Below are positions 8,079 to 15,581 of a DNA stretch of 35,713 nt, in pieces. Each line of letters begins with the position of its first letter. Positions within the stretch are counted from its first letter, which is position 1. Below the pieces are notes generated by a model. The model worked only from the letters and a program-made list of their open reading frames with translations, was not told the origin of the DNA and did no database searches. The stretch is from a virus (Duplodnaviria; Caudoviricetes), in IMG/VR virus record IMGVR_UViG_3300006484_000990, positions 1 to 35,713 of that record; one strand, 5' to 3'. The translations under genes were made by a program, and so were the position numbers.

Positions 8079-8315
8079 ATGGCACAGCCAAATTATATTC
8101 AGAAAACTCTTAAAATGAAACCAGAAGTATCTAGGATCTTTGATGATCTCGATGCTTGGTTAGATCATTGCAGATTTAATCTTCTTCCATACAGCGAGAA
8201 GGATCTTTATCGTTCTAATGACTATCGCAGGTTCCAACAAGAGCAAGAGTATTTGCAACGTAAGGCACGTCGCGAGGCTTCTGGAAAACCCCAACGTGAA
8301 TATCAGGAGCAATAA
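8079..8315 (+). CDS. Small hypothetical protein
   Basis: 78 aa, AAGGA RBS, stop overlaps the glycosyltransferase start (TAATG). Confidence 0.75.
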   Translation: MAQPNYIQKTLKMKPEVSRIFDDLDAWLDHCRFNLLPYSEKDLYRSNDYRRFQQEQEYLQRKARREASGKPQREYQEQ

Positions 8316-9490
8316 TGCGTAAACTATATTATATGGGGTTAGAGCCATATAAGGCTCGCTATACCCTACAATTGCAAGATTGGAATACTGCTGTATTTGA
8401 TCGTCGTGGTATCAACTATATTGTTGTACCTGGCGAAACACTCAGTAATGACCAAGCCATTGTAACTGGTCAAGTACTAGATGCACACGGTCGCACATAC
8501 TTTGGTATGAGCCAACTTATGAATTTGATCCGTATGATGAAGGCAGGAGAATTAAACAATGAAGATGTTGTCTACTTCGAGGACATGTTTCAACCCGGTA
8601 TCGAAAGCCTACCTTATATCCTCAAGCAAATCGACAGCAGCCACCGTCCTCGTATTTTTGTTCGCTGTCTTGCCCAGTCTATTGATCCTGACGATTTTGT
8701 TCATGTTTGGAATATGCAAGAGTTCATGGGTCATTATGAAAAGATGGTTGACTCGTTCGTAGATGGTGTACTAGCAACTAATGAAGAAATGGTAATGCAT
8801 ATGAAGATTGCAGGTTGGAAGGCGCCAATCTACAATATTTCAGGATTGGCATTTGGCAAAGAAGAAGTTCAGAGTCGTGTTACTCATATTAAACCGTTTG
8901 CGGATCGCAAATACCGTGTAGTCTTTTCTGCACGTTGGGATCAAGAAAAGCAACCTGACTTCTACATGGACCTTATTGAAGCATACTTTGTGCGCCATCC
9001 AGAAAGCATACTGGAATTCTGTGTATGCAGTGGTGGTTGGCTCAAGTCCAATAGCGAAAGCTATATGCAACGAACCCGTGAAATGGTAGCAGCAGGTAAA
9101 CTTAAAATCTATGAAAACTTAGAAAAGAACAATTACTATAACATTGTTAACGATAGCCGTGTTGTGTTTAATTGCGCCCTTCAAGATTGGGTCTCTAATA
9201 CCGTCAGTGAAGCCGATAGCCTTGGATGTAATGTTCTGTATCCTGCTTATCGGTCTTTCCCTGAGACTTTTTCTAATGACCATACTCGTTTATATATTCC
9301 CTGGAGTATAGATGATGCTATAAACAAGTTAGAAGCATTGCTAGAAGCACCGCATGCCAACATGGGAAAAATAAGCGACTACAATGATGGTACTATTGAT
9401 CGTATTTGCAATATTCTAGAAGGCAACGGTAATAATATGTTGCGTATGAGTACTGATTATAGGAAACACACTCGTGAGTCAAAATACTAA
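8315..9490 (+). CDS. GT-B fold (GT4/GT1-like) glycosyltransferase
   Basis: C-terminal nucleotide-sugar-binding features FSARWDQEKQP (R...K) and QDWVSNTVSEADSLGCNVLYP (D/E-x7-E motif). 391 aa. Confidence 0.8.
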   Translation: MRKLYYMGLEPYKARYTLQLQDWNTAVFDRRGINYIVVPGETLSNDQAIVTGQVLDAHGRTYFGMSQLMNLIRMMKAGELNNEDVVYFEDMFQPGIESLPYILKQIDSSHRPRIFVRCLAQSIDPDDFVHVWNMQEFMGHYEKMVDSFVDGVLATNEEMVMHMKIAGWKAPIYNISGLAFGKEEVQSRVTHIKPFADRKYRVVFSARWDQEKQPDFYMDLIEAYFVRHPESILEFCVCSGGWLKSNSESYMQRTREMVAAGKLKIYENLEKNNYYNIVNDSRVVFNCALQDWVSNTVSEADSLGCNVLYPAYRSFPETFSNDHTRLYIPWSIDDAINKLEALLEAPHANMGKISDYNDGTIDRICNILEGNGNNMLRMSTDYRKHTRESKY

Positions 9491-10490
9491 ACGAGTAATT
9501 ATAACAGGTGCAATGGGCTTTATTGGTAGTCATACCGCTAAGGCCTTTCAGCAAGCTGGTTATTATGTAATTGGCATTGATCGTACATGGACTATTCCCA
9601 ATGCTGCATTATTTGTTAATCAATTAATTATTGATGATTTTGTAAACATCACCGCAACGGCTGCTAACATAAACAATGTAGACACAATTATACATTGTGC
9701 AGGTACTAGCCTAGTTGGTCCAAGTATTGCCAACCCAGGTGAATACTACAATAATAATGTTGCTAAGACCAATACAATGTTAGATGATCTTTCTAAATTA
9801 GGATGGAAGGGTACAATAATCTTTAGCAGTAGTGCAGCAACATATGGCAATGATTGTATTGTTCCCATAGTTGAATCTGCACAAGGAACACCTATAAGTC
9901 CATACGGTTATAGTAAAAAGATGTGTGAATATGTTATCGAAAGTCATTCACATGCTCATGGATATAAAAGTATTGCATTAAGATATTTTAATGCTTGTGG
10001 TTGTGACCCAGCTGGAGAGCTAGGTAATGTTTGGGATGCTACTCATCTAGTCCCAAGGGTGATACAAAGTGTATTAGAAACAACACCTTTAATTATAAAT
10101 GGTAATGACTTTTCAACCAAAGACGGAACATGTATTCGAGATTATTTACATGTATCAGACATTGCCGATGCCCATTTAAAATCTGCTGAGTTTGCTAAAA
10201 CACTTGCCCACGGTACATTTAAAGTGTATAATCTAGGAACAGGTCAAGGTATAAGCAATCTTGAAGTAGTAAGAGCAGTTGAAGCTGCTACAGGATTAGA
10301 TATTGATTATACATATGGACCAAGAAGATTTGGTGATCCAGAAGAGTTATTTGCAGATCCAAATAAATTTATATTGGATACTCAATGGCGACCTAAATAT
10401 AGTCAATTAGAAACCATTGTATCAACTACCCTTGATTGGATGGAAAAAATTAATCTTAAAATTATAAAGGCTGAACATGTCGAAGATTAA
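9474..10490 (+). CDS. galE: UDP-glucose 4-epimerase-like NAD-dependent extended SDR
   Basis: ITGAMGFIGSH (GxxGxxG), FSSSAATYG, PYGYSK (YxxxK), LRYFNACG, DGTCIRDYLHVSDIADAH and RRFGDP. Confidence 0.9.
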   Translation: MSQNTKRVIITGAMGFIGSHTAKAFQQAGYYVIGIDRTWTIPNAALFVNQLIIDDFVNITATAANINNVDTIIHCAGTSLVGPSIANPGEYYNNNVAKTNTMLDDLSKLGWKGTIIFSSSAATYGNDCIVPIVESAQGTPISPYGYSKKMCEYVIESHSHAHGYKSIALRYFNACGCDPAGELGNVWDATHLVPRVIQSVLETTPLIINGNDFSTKDGTCIRDYLHVSDIADAHLKSAEFAKTLAHGTFKVYNLGTGQGISNLEVVRAVEAATGLDIDYTYGPRRFGDPEELFADPNKFILDTQWRPKYSQLETIVSTTLDWMEKINLKIIKAEHVED

Positions 10491-11337
10491 AATAGCAGAA
10501 TTATTTTATAGTATCCAAGGTGAAGGACGTTACATGGGTGTGCCGTCTGTTTTCTTACGTACATTTGGATGTAACTTTAAATGTGCAGGTTTTGGTATGC
10601 CACGCGGCGAACTCAGTACAGAAGTTGAGGATATTGCACAAGTGGTTCATTTGTATAACGATTACAAACAACTACCACTAGTTAGCACAGGGTGTGATAG
10701 TTATGCCAGTTGGGATCCACGCTTTAAAGATCTAAGTCCATTACTTACTACTGATGCAATTGTAGAACGCATTATGGAAATTCTTCCATACGGAGAATGG
10801 CGTGATGAACACCTTGTTATTACTGGCGGTGAGCCATTGCTAGGCTGGCAGAAGCAATATCCAGACTTGTTGAAGCATCCTAAGATGAAAGGTCTTAAAG
10901 AGATTACATTTGAGACAAATGGCACAATGAAGTTAACAACAGAATTTAAACAATATTTGCATACATGGAAATATCACTCTGATGATATTGACTTCTGGAG
11001 AGACGTTACATTTAGTGTGAGTGCCAAATTGCCTTGCAGTGGAGAGCCGTGGGAAGATGCTATTAAACCCGAACGTGTATGTGAGTATGAAGAATATGGC
11101 ACAGCGTATTTGAAGTTTGTTATTGCTACGGAAGAAGACTTTAAAGATGCAGAACGTGCTATTGTTGAATATCGTAATGCCGGATTTATGGGTGGTGTTT
11201 ATCTAATGCCAGTAGGCGGTGTGGAAAGCGTCTATGCTATGAACAATCGTAATGTAGCATTACTAGCAATGAAACACGGATTACGATATAGTGATAGACT
11301 ACAAGTTCCACTCTTTAAAAATGAGTGGGGTACTTAA
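10477..11337 (+). CDS. queE: 7-carboxy-7-deazaguanine synthase QueE (radical SAM) with an expanded cysteine motif
   Basis: ELFYSIQGEG, SVFLRTFGCNFKC...GCDS, VITGGEP, FETNG, SVSAKL, LKFVI, YLMP and RLQVPLF. Confidence 0.9.
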   Translation: MSKIKIAELFYSIQGEGRYMGVPSVFLRTFGCNFKCAGFGMPRGELSTEVEDIAQVVHLYNDYKQLPLVSTGCDSYASWDPRFKDLSPLLTTDAIVERIMEILPYGEWRDEHLVITGGEPLLGWQKQYPDLLKHPKMKGLKEITFETNGTMKLTTEFKQYLHTWKYHSDDIDFWRDVTFSVSAKLPCSGEPWEDAIKPERVCEYEEYGTAYLKFVIATEEDFKDAERAIVEYRNAGFMGGVYLMPVGGVESVYAMNNRNVALLAMKHGLRYSDRLQVPLFKNEWGT

Positions 11338-11350
11338 TTAAAGGATATAT

Positions 11351-11521
11351 ATGTCTAAAACATGCCCAAGTTGTTTAAATCAAATGGATTATCTTGCAAC
11401 AAGGTGTCCTCATTGTACATCACATTATCAAACTCCTACTCCGGTATTTAAAACAGAAACTGAGATATTTATAATTGTTTGTATAGTAATAGTGACTGTT
11501 ATTTACTCAATATTTAAGTAG
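11351..11521 (+). CDS. Small zinc-ribbon membrane protein (56 aa, absent from the ORF track)
   Basis: AAGGA RBS and ATG at 11351. MSKTCPSCLNQMDYLATRCPHCTS (CPxC-x10-CPHC) is followed by the hydrophobic tail IFIIVCIVIVTVIYSIF. TAG at 11519-11521. Confidence 0.8.
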   Translation: MSKTCPSCLNQMDYLATRCPHCTSHYQTPTPVFKTETEIFIIVCIVIVTVIYSIFK

Positions 11522-11547
11522 CTTCTATACATAATTTAGAGAAAAAA

Positions 11548-11961
11548 ATGAAAAAGTTTATTAAAAATATTTTAGGTATTAAAGATAAGGTAGTAGTTGT
11601 AGAAATACCAGAAGTTAAAAACGAGCCAGTTGTTTCACCTAAAGTTCCAAGAGCCAAGAAACAAAAAACAGCAAAAGAAATTGCAACTGAAAAAAAAGAA
11701 CCCTGGGTAGCTGTTATGGATACGCATGTTAACAAAGATAATATTCGTAACGGATTCTTTGAACTTGACTGGAACGAGTATTTTGTGTTAAAATTAAGAA
11801 CAGAAGGATATCAAGGTGAAACAGACGAAGCTGTTGTTGATATTTGGTTCCAAGAACTATGTAGAAACATTGGAAGTGAGTCGGGTGTAAATATGGATCG
11901 TCGAGGTAGTGGTTATATTAATGTTAATAATTTAGGTGACGGCAGATCGGAAATTTCTTAA
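11548..11961 (+). CDS. Hypothetical phage protein
   Basis: 137 aa with a Lys-rich low-complexity N-half and a globular C-half (EPWVAV, GFFELDWNEYF). Stop overlaps the next start. Confidence 0.75.
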   Translation: MKKFIKNILGIKDKVVVVEIPEVKNEPVVSPKVPRAKKQKTAKEIATEKKEPWVAVMDTHVNKDNIRNGFFELDWNEYFVLKLRTEGYQGETDEAVVDIWFQELCRNIGSESGVNMDRRGSGYINVNNLGDGRSEIS

Positions 11962-12953
11962 TGAACAAAACATATATTCTTGTAGATACAGCAAATACAT
12001 TCTTTCGTGCTAGGCACGCCACTCGTGGTGATCTTAATGATAAGATTGGAATGAGTCTTGCTACTGTATTAGGCAGCGTTCGAAAAGCATGGCGTGACTT
12101 TAAAGGTGATCATGTCATCTTCTTTTTGGAAGGTCGTAGCTGGAGAAAGGATGTATATGCTCCTTACAAACGACAACGTACAGAAGCCCGGGCTTCTCAA
12201 AGCCCTAGAGAAGCAGAAGAAGATCGCGTGTTTTGGGAAACGTTTGATCAGTTTAAAGATTACATCACTAGTAAAACTAACTGTACTGTATTACAACATC
12301 AGCAATTAGAAGCAGATGATTTAATTGCAGGTTGGATACAAAGTCATCCTGATGATAATCATGTTGTTGTTTCAACAGATGGAGACTTTGCACAACTCAT
12401 TGCACCTAATGTTCGTCAATATAATGGTGTGATGCAGATTACAACCACACACGAGGGATACTTTGATGAAAAAGGTAAACCTGTTAAAGATAAGAAAACT
12501 AATTTGCCAAAAGGTGCGCCAGATCCAGCATGGTTACTTTTTGAAAAGTGTATGCGTGGCGACACATCCGACAACATCTTTAGTGCTTATCCAGGGGTAC
12601 GTGAGAAAGGCACAAAGAATAAAGTTGGTCTCCGTGAAGCCTTTGGAGACAGAGTAAGTAAAGGATATTCTTGGAACAATCTCATGTTGCAACGTTGGTC
12701 TGACCACGAAGGCAAAGAACATCGAGTATTAGATGATTATACTCGTAATGTTATATTATGTGATCTAACAGCACAGCCCAATGATATTAAATTGTTAATC
12801 CAAGAAACAATAGAAACAGCCACTAAGGCAGAAAAGAATATTCCACAAGTTGGAGTGAGATTGCTTAAACTATGCTCTGAATATGATCTAAATAAAATTA
12901 GCGAGCAGGTGCAAAGTTATGCAGAACCATTAAATGCGAGGTATATAGCATGA
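11961..12953 (+). CDS. rnh: T4-type RNase H / 5'-3' flap exonuclease
   Basis: FEN-family acidic motifs LVDTAN, SWRK...YKRQR, EADDLIA, STDGDFAQL and GDTSDNI. Confidence 0.9.
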   Translation: MNKTYILVDTANTFFRARHATRGDLNDKIGMSLATVLGSVRKAWRDFKGDHVIFFLEGRSWRKDVYAPYKRQRTEARASQSPREAEEDRVFWETFDQFKDYITSKTNCTVLQHQQLEADDLIAGWIQSHPDDNHVVVSTDGDFAQLIAPNVRQYNGVMQITTTHEGYFDEKGKPVKDKKTNLPKGAPDPAWLLFEKCMRGDTSDNIFSAYPGVREKGTKNKVGLREAFGDRVSKGYSWNNLMLQRWSDHEGKEHRVLDDYTRNVILCDLTAQPNDIKLLIQETIETATKAEKNIPQVGVRLLKLCSEYDLNKISEQVQSYAEPLNARYIA

Positions 12954-13420
12954 ATGCAGTAATTTCAAAAGTATTAATTCCTAATAAAGAGTGGATCATC
13001 GAAGGCAATGGTAAAAAGATTGGATCTATTACTAAAAATAAAAAAGGATATATATTTTTACGTAAAGGTAAAATGGTAGAAATTAAAAGTTTCAAAGAAA
13101 TTATTGATCAGTTAGCAACAGTTGAGAAAAAAACTACCAAGTTTGAAATAGAACCACTTACACATACAATTTATAATTATCCTTGTCGTACCAAGCCCTA
13201 CAATCCTGTATATAATGTACAATCTAAATTACCACTATATACAAAAAACTTAAAAAGTAAGAGTAGATACTGTGCTGGCTACTATGTTATACAATTTCAA
13301 AAGGGGTGGCTAAGAAGTTATTGTCCAAAATTAATTACTCTTGAACGAAATCCATATCATGGTCCATTTAAAACTTCACAAGAAATGAAGGTTGTATTAA
13401 ATAGTTTAAATAAGGTATGA
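12950..13420 (+). CDS. Hypothetical basic protein
   Basis: 156 aa, ATGA overlap with rnh, GAGG RBS. Confidence 0.75.
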   Translation: MNAVISKVLIPNKEWIIEGNGKKIGSITKNKKGYIFLRKGKMVEIKSFKEIIDQLATVEKKTTKFEIEPLTHTIYNYPCRTKPYNPVYNVQSKLPLYTKNLKSKSRYCAGYYVIQFQKGWLRSYCPKLITLERNPYHGPFKTSQEMKVVLNSLNKV

Positions 13421-13626
13421 AGCAATTAAACACAATACCTATAGAAGACTTCCTAGATAAGACTAAAATTGCCATAAAAACTAATCAAAAGGTAGTGACT
13501 TTAAGTATAAAAGAAGCTACAGACTTGCAAAATAGTCTAGCAGTAGTAATGACAAGATTAGCAGGACAATCTTCTTCGTTAGAGATTCCTACAATACAAG
13601 TTAAAATGGACGGCGGAAGATTTTAG
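13417..13626 (+). CDS. Small hypothetical protein
   Basis: 69 aa, ATGA overlap with the previous gene, co-oriented. Confidence 0.7.
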   Translation: MKQLNTIPIEDFLDKTKIAIKTNQKVVTLSIKEATDLQNSLAVVMTRLAGQSSSLEIPTIQVKMDGGRF

Positions 13627-13635
13627 AAAAACAGG

Positions 13636-13666
13636 TAAATATATACGCACATTTGGAGCGTATGTA
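13636..13666 (+). promoter_or_regulatory. Late-type TAAATA core overlapping an RBS-occluding hairpin
   Basis: TAAATA at 13636-13641. Stem TATATACGC (13640-13648) pairs with GCGTATGTA (13658-13666). GGAG (13655-13658) lies at the loop/stem junction and the ATG is at 13667. Confidence 0.5.
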
Positions 13667-13966
13667 ATGAGTAGACCTAAACCGAACGTCTTGTTAGAGA
13701 TAACAAATAAAAAATCGTATAAAACAGATCAAGTTTTAGAGTCTGATGCTGTTTGGTCTGTATTTTATCAAGATAAACCTATTAATTTAAAGACCAGTAG
13801 TGTGGTTGCACAAGAAGTAGGACCAAAGTATAAGAAGGTATCTTTTGCAAATAGTGGTCATGCTTTTAATTTATCGGAAAAATTGAACAAGATGTTTAAT
13901 ACAACAGAGTTTTCCGTTTATAAACTAACCTCTGGTGAGAAAATCACCGATGAACCAAAAACTTAA
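13667..13966 (+). CDS. Hypothetical phage protein
   Basis: 99 aa (MSRPKPNVLLE...PKYKKVSFANSGHAFNL), GGAG RBS. Confidence 0.8.
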   Translation: MSRPKPNVLLEITNKKSYKTDQVLESDAVWSVFYQDKPINLKTSSVVAQEVGPKYKKVSFANSGHAFNLSEKLNKMFNTTEFSVYKLTSGEKITDEPKT

Positions 13967-14330
13967 AATCACCAAACTAGTAGCCGAACAATTAGGGCTT
14001 GCTACTGACGAACAATCAATAGACAAACTACGTCATATATTTTGGAGTAATACAAGACTCAAGAAAAAAGGTGGACTTGGATTAACTGAAAAAGGATTTG
14101 AAAGTTTTTGTAATGCTGAAATCAAGCATCACAGAGTGGTATTTGAAGAGCCAATGTTCTTGACCAATTCATTATTACTATGGATTGACAATAATATAGA
14201 CTGTCCGTTTTACTTAACCCACAAAGAAATCTATCTTTTTGGAGAAAAAATGGCAATTCAACTCATTTTATTTTCTGGAAATATCCAAAAACTGCAAAGA
14301 GCACAGAAGAGATACGCAGAAATCACTTGA
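13950..14330 (+). CDS. Hypothetical protein
   Basis: ATG at 13950 preferred over the GTG at 13935. 126 aa. The GGLGLTEKGF segment is reminiscent of a winged-helix wing (weak). Confidence 0.7.
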   Translation: MNQKLKITKLVAEQLGLATDEQSIDKLRHIFWSNTRLKKKGGLGLTEKGFESFCNAEIKHHRVVFEEPMFLTNSLLLWIDNNIDCPFYLTHKEIYLFGEKMAIQLILFSGNIQKLQRAQKRYAEIT

Positions 14331-14355
14331 CAAAGTGCGTAGATGTATGTATAAT
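14327..14355 (+). promoter_or_regulatory. Sigma70-type (early) promoter for the AAA+ ATPase gene
   Basis: TTGACA (14327-14332), 17 nt, TATAAT (14350-14355): perfect consensus. Confidence 0.85.
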
Positions 14356-14416
14356 TAACGTATTGCAGCAAATAATCGCCGCAATACTAATTTAACTTTT
14401 TTAGAAAGATAACACT

Positions 14417-15499
14417 ATGGCAGAAGCAATGAGCGCAAATCGTACCGTTACTCCTAACGAGGCAAAGCGTAGTATCCGTAAATGTGTGAAGATCCAGCGT
14501 CCTGTGTTTATGTGGGGTCCTCCGGGTATTGGTAAATCTGATATTGTTAAACAAATTGGCGACGAACAAGGACGCGAAGTTATTGACGTCCGTTTGAGCC
14601 TTTGGGAACCCACTGATATTAAAGGTATTCCATATTACAATAGTACCGAAAACACTATGACATGGGCTCCTCCTTCGGAACTGCCCACAGATCCAGAGTC
14701 TACTGCTATCTTGTTCTTAGATGAATTGAACTCTGCGGCTCCGGCTACACAGGCAGCGGCTTTCCAATTGGTTTTGAACCGCCGTGTTGGTACTTATCAA
14801 CTACCAAAAGGTGTTAGTATCGTTGCCGCTGGTAACCGTGAAACTGATAAAGGTGTTACTTATCGTATGCCTGCTCCGTTGGCTAACCGTTTTGTTCACA
14901 TTGAATTGAAATCTGACTTTGAAGATTGGCAAGAGTGGGCTGTTAACAATAAGGTTCATGAACAAGTTGTTGGTTATATTGGCTTTGCTAAACAAGATCT
15001 GTACGACTTTGATCCAAAATCTTCAAGCCGTGCATTCGCAACTCCACGCTCTTGGTCCTTTGTTAGTGATTTGCTCAAAGACGACGACTTGGATGAGCGT
15101 ACATTAACCGATTTGGTTGCTGGTGCAATTGGTGAAGGACTTGCTGTTAAGTTTATGGCACATCGTCGTGTTGCTAAACAGATGCCTAACCCACCTGATA
15201 TCTTGTCTGGTAAAGTAGAGAAATGCAATATTAAAGAAATCTCTGCAATGTACTCTTTAAGCATTAGCCTTTGCTATGAATTGCAAGATGCCTTTAATAA
15301 GAAAGCCAAAGATTGGGATTCCCAAGCAGATCGCTTCTTCTTGTTTATTATGGATAACTTCCCAACTGAACTAACTGTTATGGCTGCTAAGGTTGCGTTG
15401 ACCAGCTACAATCTTCCGTTTGATGCATCTAAGTTAAAGAACTTTGATCGTTTCCACGACAAGTACGGTAAGTACATTTTGGTTGCAATGGAGAGCTAA
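14417..15499 (+). CDS. MoxR-like AAA+ ATPase
   Basis: Walker A GPPGIGKS, Walker B ILFLDELN, sensor AAGNR, arginine finger PLANRF and TPRSW. Confidence 0.9.
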   Translation: MAEAMSANRTVTPNEAKRSIRKCVKIQRPVFMWGPPGIGKSDIVKQIGDEQGREVIDVRLSLWEPTDIKGIPYYNSTENTMTWAPPSELPTDPESTAILFLDELNSAAPATQAAAFQLVLNRRVGTYQLPKGVSIVAAGNRETDKGVTYRMPAPLANRFVHIELKSDFEDWQEWAVNNKVHEQVVGYIGFAKQDLYDFDPKSSSRAFATPRSWSFVSDLLKDDDLDERTLTDLVAGAIGEGLAVKFMAHRRVAKQMPNPPDILSGKVEKCNIKEISAMYSLSISLCYELQDAFNKKAKDWDSQADRFFLFIMDNFPTELTVMAAKVALTSYNLPFDASKLKNFDRFHDKYGKYILVAMES

Positions 15500-15522
15500 A
15501 AAAGCCCGCAAGGGCTTTTTTT
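15498..15522 (+). terminator. Rho-independent terminator (potentially bidirectional)
   Basis: AAAAAAGCCC-GCAA-GGGCTTTTTTT: perfect stem, GNRA tetraloop and U7 tail immediately after the stop codon. Confidence 0.88.
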
Positions 15523-15524
15523 AC

Positions 15525-15553
15525 TTGCTCTTTTGATAAATTTAATGTATAAT
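15525..15553 (+). promoter_or_regulatory. Sigma70-type promoter for the vWA/metallopeptidase gene
   Basis: TTGCTC (15525-15530), 17 nt, TATAAT (15548-15553). AAAGGA RBS before the ATG at 15582. Confidence 0.7.
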
Positions 15554-15581
15554 ATACGCTTAAACACTAAAAGGATACGCT

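Noticed and set aside
14324-14337. CACTT-GACA-AAGTG palindrome over the -35 box as an operator
   Set aside because: The arms are only 5 bp, partly within a coding end, and I did not see the motif at the other promoters. It could be chance.
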